From the NCBI GenBank assembly GCA_964016885.1, contig OZ024760.1, positions 31,124,001 through 31,188,000 on the forward strand: a DNA stretch of 64,000 nucleotides, read 5' to 3'. Below, piece by piece: positions 1-11,523 of this stretch; within the stretch, counting starts at the first letter, position 1; each line of letters begins with the position of its first letter. Both the position numbers and the translations under genes were made by a program. Under the pieces are notes generated by a model that saw nothing but the letters and a program-made list of their open reading frames with translations, did no database searches and had not been told where the DNA came from. This DNA comes from Eledone cirrhosa. Taxonomy: Eukaryota.

Positions 1-953
1 TGAAATTTTCGTCCTTCTACCGAAATGTTTATTTTGTTGTTGTCGTCGATGACGACTTTTTCGGGTATTTTGGAGATTCTTTCTGGCCTCATTTGCAACA
101 GAATCTCCAAATCAGTACCCGCCCACCTTTGTCGAATAGAGTTTCGTATCGAATGAATCCTATCAGTTTCTGGCTCTACAAAGCCAGCTAAGATCCACCA
201 GATGTTAATGTTTGGGGGTATATTTTTTATTTTTATTTTTTGTGTCCTTTTTCCCATGTATGTAGGGAAAAAGGTGAATGCTTTTGCCACCATTGGTGTC
301 ACAGAATGTTTTGGGGCCAGTGCCTCGCTTTTAAACAGTACGGAAACACTTCCGTACTGTTTTCATTGTTGGAGAAAGTCGATATTTGCTAGAATTTCCT
401 TGAAAGTAGCTTCTATATCTGTTTGACTAACAAATATCGGCTTTCTCGTGGTATTGGATACAATCCTAAAGGTCACTGTCCTTCGAACTGTGTCTTCTTT
501 TATCTTGTCTTCGAAAGTTACAAATTTTCTCCCTTGCTTGAGCATATCTCTTGCATTGGAGATGTCAAGATTTATAAAATCTTGTTTTTTGTTCACTGTT
601 TCAGCAAAGACATTTTTTTTTGTGTGGTGTTGCTGTTGTTGTTGTTGTTAGCCTCGGTGTTGGATATCTCAGTTCCTTGACGAGGTGAAACTTTGTGTAG
701 ATGTATCTGTGGAGTTGTTGGTGTCTTTTTCATGTGTTTGTATGTTAATAGATTTAATTCCTGAGTTTTCATTTCTCTCCGATTCGATGGCAGAAATTGT
801 ACAATCTTCAAGTAGTAATATTTTTTTCTCTTTGTTGACAGTCGTATCTATGGCGACGTCCATAGTAGCAGAAGCAGATATAACGTTAAAGTCTGCCTCT
901 TTCTCTCTCTTTTCTCTGTCGACCTTCTTTAGCGTTCTTTTCGAGTTATTCAT
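1..953 (-). pseudogene. Decayed ORF1-like (RRM-type nucleic-acid-binding) region of an L1/Tx1-like non-LTR retrotransposon, running off the window edge
   Basis: Broken minus-strand ORFs 669-953 and 363-596 continue past a stop into ...GSVSVLFKSEALA...YMGKRTQKIKIKNIPPNI, which resembles L1/Tx1 ORF1. Contains stops and frameshifts. Confidence 0.45.
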
Positions 954-1128
954 GTTTTATAGTTGGCAAAATTTGATATTTTAAAACAATTTTTAAATTA
1001 AATTTTTGCCCCCAAAGGGGCGAAAAGTGGGATTACCACCCAGCTGACAATTCAGCTTGGGGGTTAATCTACAAAATAATATGTTTTTTCAAACAATTCT
1101 GTTTTTCGTATATAATTTAATAAAAAAT

Positions 1129-1590
1129 CTAACCGGCGATGTTCCACAAGCCAGGCAGATAGAGACAAGGCACGACAGTCAAGCGGTAGTAGATGACGTA
1201 TGCTATGAAAGTGTTCGCCCCTCTGCTTGATCTTTCAAAGACAATTTGCACTGACCACTTGTGGGTGAGTGCAAATACCTTGGCCATGACCTCATTCCAG
1301 TCTAGAACGAACCAGACCCCGAGCAATTTCACCGGTCCTTCCGTCCAGCGTCTGACGGCATCGGTTTACCTCTCCACGTTCCGAGTTGCAAACCAACAGA
1401 CTTGTCCAGGTTCAGTTTTGCTCCTGTGAACCTTTCGTATTCCTGTAGTAGGTTGCCGATTACCTTGATTTCCGAGGTTTTCGAAACCATTCCCGCCAGG
1501 ACGCCGCTTTTCGCAGTCCCGGTTCTAAAGGGATGCCCTGCAGTAGCTCCAACTTCTGCAGTAGTGGCTCTAGAGTCAATACGTACCAGC
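1129..1590 (-). mobile_element. Fragment of L1/Tx1-clade reverse transcriptase (C-terminal part)
   Basis: Frameshifted pieces YVLTLEPLLQKL, LLQEYERFTGAKLNLDKSVGLQLGTW and VKLLGVWF...NTFIAYVIYYRLTV are typical of Tx1/L1 ORF2. Confidence 0.65.
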
Positions 1591-3536
1591 CATATATATG
1601 AACAGACAGAAAAACAGATAGATAGATAGAGAGACAGATAGATAGGTAGATACATAGAGAGACAGACGTAGACAAACACATAGCTAAAGGCAGACAGACA
1701 GACAATTAGACAGGTAAAAATATAGATAGATAGAGAAATAGATAGACAGAGATATTAATAGAATCTGCGGTGATTAGACCTAGGAGACAATTAATCCTGG
1801 GAGTACTCAATACATGGGGAGATATAGTGTTGGTATAGAGCTGTAGTTGGTATAGAGATCTAGTTGGTATAGAGATGCAGTTGGTATAGAGATGCAGTTG
1901 GTATAGAGATGTAGTTGGTATAGAGATGCAGTTGGTATAGAGATGCAGTTTGTATAGAGATGCAGTTGGTATAGGGATGCAGTTGGTATAGAGATGTAGT
2001 TGGTATAGAGATGTAGTTGGTATAGAGATGTAGTTGGTATAGAGATGTAGTTGGTATAGAGATGTAGTTGGTATAGAGATAGTGTTGGTATAGAGATGTA
2101 GTTGGTATAGAGATGTAGTTGGTATAGAGATGTAGTTCGTATACAGATGTAGTTGTTATAGAGATGTAGTTGGTATAGAGATGTAGTTGGTATAGAGATG
2201 TAGTTGGTATAGAGATGTAGTTGTTATAGAGATGTAGTTGTTATAGAGATGTAGTTGGTATAGAGATGTATTTGGTATAGAGATGTAGTTGTTATAGAGA
2301 TAGTTTTGGTATAGAGATGCAGTTGGTATAGAGATGCAGTTGGTATAGAGATGCAGTTGGTATAGAGATGCAGTTGGTATAGAGATGCAGTTGGTATAGA
2401 GATGTAGTTGGTATAGAGATGCAGTTGGTATAGAGATGCAGTTGGTATAGAGATGCAGTTGGTATAGAGATGCAGTTGGTATAGAGATGTAGTTGGTATA
2501 GAGATGTAGTTGGTATAGAGATGTAGTTGGTATAGAGATGTAGTTGGTATAGAGATGTAGTTGGTATAGAGATAGTGTTGTTATAGAGATGTAGCTGATA
2601 TAGAGATGTAGCTGATATAGAGATGTAGCTGATATAGAGATAGTGTTATAGAGATGTAGTTGGTATAGAGATGTATTTGGTATAGAGATGTAGTTGTTAT
2701 AGAGATAGTTTTGGTATAGAGATGCAGTTGGTATAGAGATGCAGTTGGTATAGAGATGCAGTTGGTATAGAGATGCAGTTGGTATAGAGATGTAGTTGGT
2801 ATAGAGATGTAGTTCGTATAGAGATAGTGTTGTTATAGAGATGTAGTTGGTATAGAGATGTAGTTGGTATAGAGATGTAGTTGGTATAGAGATGTAGTTG
2901 GTATAGAGATAGTGTTGTTATAGAGATGTAGCTGATATAGAGATAGTGTTATAGAGATGTAGTTGGTATAGAGATGTATTTGGTATAGAGATGTAGTTGT
3001 TATAGAGATAGTTTTGGTATAGAGATGCAGTTGGTATAGAGATGCAGTTGGTATAGAGATGCAGTTGGTATAGAGATGCAGTTGGTATAGAGATGTAGTT
3101 GGTATAGAGATGTAGTTGGTATAGAGATGCAGTTGGTATAGAGATGCAGTTGGTATAGAGATGTAGTTGGTATAGAGATGTAGTTGGTATAGAGATGTAT
3201 TTGGTATAGAGATGTAGTTGTTATAGAGATAGTTTTGGTATAGAGATGCAGTTGGTATAGAGATGCAGTTGGTATAGAGATGCAGTTGGTATAGAGATGC
3301 AGTTGGTATAGAGATGCAGTTGGTATAGAGATGTAGTTGGTATAGAGATGTAGTTGGTATAGAGATGTAGTTGGTATAGAGATGCAGTTGGTATAGAGAT
3401 GCAGTTGGTATAGAGATGTAGTTGGTATAGAGATGTAGTTGGTATAGAGATGTAGTTGGTATAGAGATGTAGTTGGTATACAGATGTAGTTGGTATAGAG
3501 CTGTAGTTGGTATAGAGATAGTGTTGTTATAGAGAT

Positions 3537-4925
3537 GTGTCGTCGTACAGCCCGTGTCCACGAGGGCTCGCTGTGGCTTTCCCCTCACGAAGACTTCCAC
3601 CACGGGCAGCGCCGCTACTCGTAAGGGGCAACTACCGGTGCAGTAGTTCCCCTTGGATCGTTTCCCTGGTCACAGTTAATAGCGATGAGGTCTGGTCACT
3701 TACACCAGTAGCAAATTATCTCCGGCCTTGACTCTCTGCAGTCTCTAGCCATGTGCGGGCCCTGGCACCGAAAACAGCGCCCTCTAAACGTTCGCGAGCG
3801 ACCGCATGCCGTGGTTGCCTCCCTTTCACCATTTCGCTGCCAGCTGTCTTGAGCCTTTGTAGTTGCTATCGCCGCAACACTCTTTTTGGCATCTTCCGCT
3901 ATGATCCGGGCTTGTTCCACCAGTGAACGCATTTCCATTTCTTTATAACCCGGGACTTGCTGCAGTTTCACCGCTATGTCGTCTGGAAACCCATTGATGA
4001 ACGCCAACCGCACCGTGCGTTCGCATTCCACCTGATATCCAGCCAACATGACCAACCGCCGTATTTCCGCTGCATAAATGTCAACGCGTTCACCGTTCCA
4101 TCTAATTCTTGCCAACTTAGCAAAAGCGGCCAACAGTCCCTCGGCGAATGCATCTATCAGGCGCCTCTCAATCTTTTGCGCATCTCTTTGGCTGTGTTCG
4201 TCCAACTCAAGGAAGAGTACCAACGTGTCCCCCTCGAGGTACAGTGCCATGAGGCCAGCCACATCCTCTATCTTCTGCAAGCTTGCGACCAGCCGAACTT
4301 TCCGCAGCCAAGCGGCAACATCACCTTCCCCGGTAAATGCCCTGATAGCTTCGCTTGTTCGTAGTCTTGTTGCCATCTTCTGATTTGTCTTGCGGTACGT
4401 GATAAAAAAACAAAAACAAACAGACACCTCTCTGTTTTTCCAGTAGCTTTTTTTTTTTTTTTTTTTTTCCTTCTTTTGTTTCAAGACCTTATTGTCAGGA
4501 AGATGCCATTCTTTCAGAGATAGCTTTTTTTCTTTTTTCAATCAGATCTGTTTCCAGGGGCCGAAATAGCTTGTGGTTGGAAAAAGCTATCTCACTTACT
4601 GCTTTTCATAGGCGCCGCTATCTCCACTCTTGGTAGACATTGGTATAAACAGTGCCATATGGTTTCGCTCTTCATAGGCGCCGCTTTCTCCACTGCTGGT
4701 TACTCCTCGGCCGCCTGCGTCCAACTGCCTAACACCGGGAGCTGCACAAACTGGGGTTTACCCCGTTGCTAGGTACTGCCCAAAACTGGCGTTCACACCG
4801 TTGCTAGGCACTGCACAAACTGGCGTTCACCCCGTTGCTAGGCACCACTAGAGAGCACCCTCTGCTGGCCCTTCCGGTCGAGCACTCCCCCGCCTGCAGC
4901 CACCGCACGCCACACCATACCCACA
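3537..4925 (-). mobile_element. Truncated Gypsy-type LTR retrotransposon (5' LTR 4572-4925, gag, start of protease), sister of the 10241-14730 element
   Basis: LTR begins TGTGGGTATGG and ends CCAACCACA. Gag MATRLRTSEAIRAF... is nearly identical to that at 10755. Sequence breaks off just after protease DTGCTTT and joins the satellite. Confidence 0.92.
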
Positions 4926-7900
4926 TAGAGATGTAGTTAGTATAGAGATGTAGTTAGTATAGAGATATAGTTAGTATAGAGATGTAGTTAGTATAGAGAT
5001 GTAGTTAGTATAGAGATGTAGTTAGTATAGAGATGTAGTTAGTATAGAGATGTAGTTGGTATAGAGATGTAGTTGGTATAGAGATGTAGTTGGTATAGAG
5101 ATAGTGTTGTTATAGAGATAGTGTTGTTATAGAGATAGTGTTGTTATAGAGATAGTGTTGTTATAGAGATAGTGTTGTTATAGAGATGTAGTTGGTATAG
5201 ATGTAATGTTGTTATAGAGATTTAGTTGGTATAGAGATAGTGTTAGTATAGAGATGTATTTGGTATAGAGATGTAGTTGGTATAGAGATGTAGTTGGTAT
5301 AGAGATGTAGTTGGTATAGAGATTTAGTTGGTATAGAGATTTAGTTGGTATAGAGATTTAGTTGGTATAGAGATTTAGTTGGTATAGAGATTTAGTTGGT
5401 ATAGAGATGTATTTGGTATAGAGATGTATTTGGTATAGAGATGTAGTTGGTATAGAGATGTAGTTGGTATAGAGATGTAGTTGGTATAGAGATATAGTTG
5501 GTATAGAGATGTATTTCGTATAGAGATGTAGTTCGTATAGAGATGTAGTTGGTATAGAGATAGTGTTGGTATAGAGATAGTGTTGGTATAGAGATAGTGT
5601 TGTTATAGAGAAGTAGTTGGTATAGAGATGTAGTTGGTATAGAGATGTAGTTGGTATAGAGATGTAGTTGGTATAGAGATAGTGTTGTTATAGAGATGTA
5701 GTTGGTATAAAGATAGTGTTATAGAGATAGTGTTGGTATGGAGATGTAGTTGGTATAGAGATGTAGTTGGTATAGAGATGTAGTTGGTATAGAGATGTAG
5801 TTGTTATAGAGATGTAGTTGGTATAGAGATCTAGTTGGTATAAAGGCGTAGTTGTTATAGAGATGTAGTTATTATAGAGATAGTGTTGTTATAGAGATGT
5901 AGTTGGTATAGAGATGTTGTTATAGAGATGTAGTTGGTATAGAGATGTTGTTATAGAGATGTAGTTGGTATAGAGATAGTGTTGTTATAGAGAGGTAGTT
6001 GGTATAGAGATAGTGTTGGTATAGAGATGTAGTTGGTATAGAGATAGTGTTGTTATAGAGATGTAGTTGGTATAGAGATCTAGTTGGTATAAAGGCGTAG
6101 TTGTTATAGAGATGTAGTTATTATAGAGATAGTGTTGTTATAGAGATGTAGTTGTATAGAGATGTAGTTGGTATAGAGATGTTGTTATAGAGATGTAGTT
6201 GGTATAGAGATAGTGTTGTTATAGAGAGGTAGTTGGTATAGAGATAGTGTTGGTATAGAGATGCAGTTGGTATAGAGATGTAATTGGTATAGAGATAGTG
6301 TTGCTATAGACAAAGCGTTGTTAAACAGATAGAGTTGTTATAGAGATTTAGTTGGTATAGAGATGTAGTTGGTCTAGAGATGCAGTTGGTATAGAGATGC
6401 AGTTGGTATAGAGATGTAGTCGGTATGGAGATGGAGTTGGTATGGAGATAGATTTGGTATAGAAATAGTGTTGGTATAGACATAGTGTTAGTATAGAGAT
6501 GTAGTTGGTAGAGAGATGTAGTTTGTATAGATAGAATTGGTATACAGATGTAGTTGTTATAGATATGTAGTTGTTATAGAGATGTAGTTGTTATAGAGAT
6601 GTAGTTGTTATAGAGATGTAGCTGGTATAGAGATAGTGTTGGTATAGAGATGTAGTTGGTATAGAGATGTAGTTGGTATAGAGATAGTGTTGGTATAGAG
6701 ATAGTGTTGGTATAGAGATGTAGTTGGTATAGAGATAGTGTTGGTATAGAGATAGTGTTGGTATAGAGATAGTGTTGGTATAGAGATAGTGTTGGTATAG
6801 AGATGTAGTTGGTATAGAGCTGTAGTTTGTATAGAGATAGTGTTGGTATAGAGATGTAGTTGGTATAGAGATGTAGTTGGTATAGAGATAGTGTTGGTAT
6901 AGAGATAGTGTTGGTATAGAGATGTAGTTGGTATAGAGATAGTGTTGGTATAGAGATAGTGTTGGTATCGAGATAGTGTTGGTATAGAGATAGTGTTGGT
7001 ATAGAGATGTAGTTGGTATAGAGCTGTAGTTTGTATAGAGATAGTGTTGGTATAGAGATGCAGTTGGTATAGAGATGCAGTTGGTATAGAGATGCAGTTG
7101 GTATAGAGATGCAGTTGGTATAGAGATAGTGTTGGTATAGACATAGTATTGTTAAAGAGATAGAGTTGTTATAGAAATGTAGTTGTTATAGAAATGTAGT
7201 TGGTATAGAAATGTAGTTGGTATAGAAATGTAGTTGGTATAGATATAGTGTTGGTATAGAAATAGTGTTGGTATAGAAATAGTGTTGATATAGAGATGTA
7301 GTTATTATAGAGATAGTGTTGTTATGGAGATACTGTTGTTATAGAGATGTAGTTGTATAGAGATGTAGTTGCTATAGAGGTGTAGTTGTTATAGATATGT
7401 AGTTGGTATTGAGATATAGTTGGTATAGAGATGTAGTTGGTATAGAGATAGTGTTGGTATAGAGACGGTGTTGGTATAGAGATGTAGTGGGTATAGAGAT
7501 GTAGTTGGGATAGAAATAGTGTTGGTATAGAGATAGATTTGGTATAGAGATGTAGTTGGTATAGAGATAGTGTTATAGAAATATAGTTTTTATAGAGATG
7601 TAGTTGTTATAGAGATGTAGTTGTTATAGAGATGTAGTTGTTATAGAGATGTAGTTGTTATAGAGATGTAGTTGTTATAGAGATGTAGTTGTTATAGAGA
7701 TGTAGTTGGTATAGAGATGCAGTTGCTATAGAGATAGTGTTGGTATAGAGATAGTGTTGGTATAGAGATGTAGTGGGTATAGAGATGTAGTGGGTATAGA
7801 GATGTAGTGGGTATAGAGATGTAGTGGGTATAGAGATGTAGTTGGTATAGAGATGTAGTTGGGATAGAGCTGTAGTTGGCATAGAGATGTAGTTGGTATA

Positions 7901-9576
7901 GAGATGTAGTTGGTATAGAGATGTAGTTGGTATAGAGATGTAGTTGGTATAGAGATAGTGTTGGTATAGAGCTGTAGTTGGTATAGACATGTAGTTGGTA
8001 TAGAGATGTAGTTGGTATAGAGATGTAGTTGGTATAGAGATGCAGTTGGTATAGAGATAGTGTTGATATAGAGATAGTGTTGATATAGACATAGTATCGT
8101 TAAAGAGATAGAGTTGTTATAGAAATGTAGTTGTTATAGAAATGTAGTTGGTATAGATATAGTGTTGGTATAGATATAGTGTTGGTATAGAAATAGTGTT
8201 GGTATAGAAATAGTGTTGGTATAGAGATAGTGTTGGTATAGAGATACTGTTGGTATAGAGATAGTGTTGATATAGAGATGTAGTTGTATAGAGATGTAGT
8301 TGCTATAGAGGTGTAGTTGCTATAGAGGTGTAGTTGTTATAGATATGTAGTTGGTATTGAGATATAGTTGGTATAGAGATGTAGTTGGTATAGAGATAGT
8401 GTTGTTATAGAGATGTAGTTAGTATAGAGATGTAGTTGATATAGAGATAGCTTTGTTATAGAGATAGTGTTGTTATAGAGATGTAGTTGGTATAGGGAAG
8501 TAGTTGGTATAGGGATGTAGTTGGTATAGGGATGTAGTTGGTATAGGGATGTAGTTGGTATAGGGATGTAGTTGGTATAGAGATGTAGTTGGTATAGAGA
8601 TGTAGTTGGTATAGAGATGGAGTTGTTATAGAGATGTAGTCGGTATGGAGTTCGAGTTGGTATAGAGATGTAGTTGGTAAAGAGGTGTAGTTGGTATAGA
8701 GATGTAGTTGGTATAGTGATGTAGTTGGTATAGTGATGTAGTTGGTATAGTGATGTAGTTGGTATAGAGATAGTGTTGGTATAGTGATGTAGTTGGTATA
8801 GTGATGTAGTTGGTATAGTGATGTAGTTGGTATAGTGATGTAGTTGGTATAGTGATGTAGTTGATATAGAGATAGTGATGGTATAGAGATAGTGTTGGTA
8901 TAGAGACAGTGTTGGTATAGAGATAGTGTTCGTATAGAGCTGTAGTTGGTATAGAGCTGTAGTTGGTATAGAGCTGTAGTTGGTATAGAGCTGTAGTTGG
9001 TATAGAGCTGTAGTTGGTATAGAGCTGTAGTTGGTATAGAGATAGTGTTGTTATAGAGATAGTGTTGTTATAGAGATAGTGTTGTTATAGAGATAGTGTT
9101 GGTGTAGAGATGTAGTTGGTATGGAGATAGTGTTGTTATAGAGATGTAGTTGTTATAGAGATAGTGTTGTTATAGAGATGTAGTTGGTATAGAGATGTAG
9201 ATGGTATAGATATAGTGTTGTTGTAGAGATGTAGGTGGTATGGAGATGTACTTGGTATAGAGATGTAGTTGGTATAGAGATAGTGCTGTTGTAGAGATAG
9301 TGTTCTTATAGAGATAGTGTTGTTATAGACATGTACTTGCTATAGAGATGTAGTTGTTATAGAGATGTAGTTATTATAGAGATATAGTTGGTATACAAAT
9401 GTAGTTGTTATGCTGTTATAGAGATACAGTTGTATAGAGATGTAGTTGGTATAGGTATAGTGTTGTTATAGACATGTAGTTGGTATAGAGATAATGTTGT
9501 TATAGAGATGTAGTTGGTATAGACATAGTGGAGGTATAGAGATGTAGTTGGTATAGAGATGTAGTTGGTATAGAGA

Positions 9577-10128
9577 TGTAGTGACCTACATTCCGCGGCT
9601 CACATACATTCTCTGTGCGTGATTTGGCTCAGTTCAGCCAATCAGCGCCAGTAGAAGAGGATGTATCCCTACGTGCCCCGAGGAAGAAATTCCTCGCGAA
9701 GATTTGAAGAATCTCTCTCTTGTACCAGGAAATTCAAACCAGCAACACGCCGGCTTTCCGGCGCAATGGCACATTCCCTTTTGTAACCTCTTTTTAGATG
9801 TAACTTCAACCATATAAGTTAACAAACATTGTTTGTGCTACACCAAAAATAAACATATATTTCATCTCTAATTTCTGCTGTTGAAATCATTATTATGTTA
9901 CTCGTGTCTCAATAACATCTATAATCCATGCTGCTGGAATTGGCGACCTGACGAAAGGAATATTGTAAATAGCAAGATGGTAAATAGATCGAGGGAACTT
10001 CCCTAACGTCTATATCGATATTTAATCCAACGAGGATACTATCACTTTACCACACTGTGACCACTGGCCACAGCTACACACCACACTGGCAACTAACAAC
10101 CTTTCATTCATCTACCCTGCTAAAGTGG
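9577..10128 (+). mobile_element. LTR family B, left arm of a head-to-head palindromic LTR pair
   Basis: Starts TGTAGTGACC and has an internal AATAAA. Reverse complement of 10144-10240 plus 14731-15198; homologous to 24168-24700. Confidence 0.75.
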
Positions 10129-10622
10129 ATCACGTTGGGGTCACCACTTTAGCAGGGTAGATGAATGAAAGGTTGTTAGTTGCAAGTGTGGTGTGTAGCT
10201 GTGGCCAGTAGTCACAGTGTGGTAAAGTGATAGTATCCTCTGTGGGTATGGTGTGGCGTGCGGTGGCTGCAGGTGCCTAGTGGTGCCTAGCAACGGGGCG
10301 AACACCAGTTTGGGCAGTGTCTAGCAACAGACAGGGTGAAGGCAAGTTTGGGCAGTACCTAGCGTAGTACCTAGCAACGGCGTAAACGCTAGTTTGGGAT
10401 CTCCCGGTGCTAGGCAGTCGGAAGCAGGCAGGCGAGGAGTAAGGAGCAGGACGATAGCAGCGCTAGTGAAAAGAGCAAAACGATATGGGACTGTTGATAC
10501 GGCGATAGAGACGGCCAACCGAGGAAGATAGACGTACACGAAATGGTCTTCAAACTACCATGCAGTGGAGATTGAGCGGCACCTTTGAAAAGCGGTAAGT
10601 GAGATAGCTTTTTCCAACCACA

Positions 10623-10634
10623 AGCTATTTCGGC
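10623..10634 (+). promoter_or_regulatory. Atypical primer-binding site AGCTATTTCGGC, complementary to nt 1-12 of tRNA-Phe
   Basis: Abuts the LTR-terminal CA and is identical in the sister copy (4560-4571). Reverse complement GCCGAAATAGCT equals the 5' end of metazoan tRNA-Phe(GAA). Confidence 0.75.
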
Positions 10635-10754
10635 AACTGGAAACAGATCTGACGGAACAAATAAAAGAGAAGAAAAAGCTACTGGAAAAACAGAGAGGAG
10701 TCTGTTGTTGTTTTTTTGTTTTTTTGTGTCACTTACCGCTAGACAAATCAGAGG

Positions 10755-11516
10755 ATGGCGACAAGACTACGGACGAGCGAAGCCATCAGGGCATTTACCG
10801 GGGAAGGTGATGTAATCGCTTGGCTGCGGAAAGTTCGGCTGGTCGCAAGCTTGCAGAAGATAGAGGATGTGGCTGGCCTAATGGCACTCTACCTCGAGGG
10901 AGACACGCTGGTACTCTTCCTTGAGTTGGACGAGCACAGCCAAAGAGATGCGCAGAAGATTGAGCGGCGTCTGATAGATGCATTCGCCGAGGGACCGTTG
11001 GCAGCTTTTGCTAAGCTGGCGAGATTCAGGTGGAATGGTGAACGCGTCGACATTTTCGCAGCGGAAATACGGCGGTTGGCCATGTTGGCTGGTTATCAGG
11101 TGGAATGCGAATGCACGGTGTGGTTGGCGTTCATTAATGGATTTCCAGACGACATAGCGGTGAGGCTGCAGCAAGTCCCGGGTTATAAAGAGATGGAAAT
11201 GCGTTCACTGGTGGAACAAGCCCGGATCATAGAAGAAGATGCCAAAAAGAGTGTTGCGGCGATAGCAACTACGGAAGCTCAGGACACCTGGCAGCAAAAC
11301 GGTGAAAGGGAGGCAACATCGGCACGCGGTCACCCACGAACGTTTAGAGGGCGTTGTTTTCGTTGCCAGGGTCCGCACATGGCTAGAGACTGTAGGGAGT
11401 TGAGGCCGGAGATAATTTGCTACCGGTGTAAGCGACCAGGCCACATCGCTACTAACTGCGACCAGGGAAACGATCCAAGGGGAACTACTGCGCCGGTAGT
11501 TGCCCCTTACGAGTAG
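10755..11516 (+). CDS. gag: Gag (253 aa) with two zinc knuckles
   Basis: Intact ORF containing CFRCQGPHMARDC and CYRCKRPGHIATNC. Confidence 0.92.
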   Translation: MATRLRTSEAIRAFTGEGDVIAWLRKVRLVASLQKIEDVAGLMALYLEGDTLVLFLELDEHSQRDAQKIERRLIDAFAEGPLAAFAKLARFRWNGERVDIFAAEIRRLAMLAGYQVECECTVWLAFINGFPDDIAVRLQQVPGYKEMEMRSLVEQARIIEEDAKKSVAAIATTEAQDTWQQNGEREATSARGHPRTFRGRCFRCQGPHMARDCRELRPEIICYRCKRPGHIATNCDQGNDPRGTTAPVVAPYE

Positions 11517-11523
11517 CGGCGCT
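11465..11523 (+). promoter_or_regulatory. -1 programmed ribosomal frameshift signal (G GGA AAC plus stem-loop/pseudoknot)
   Basis: Slippery heptamer in the gag frame; the -1 frame is open into pol. A 5-nt spacer is followed by the stem AAGGGGAACTAC...GTAGTTGCCCCTT. Confidence 0.8.
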
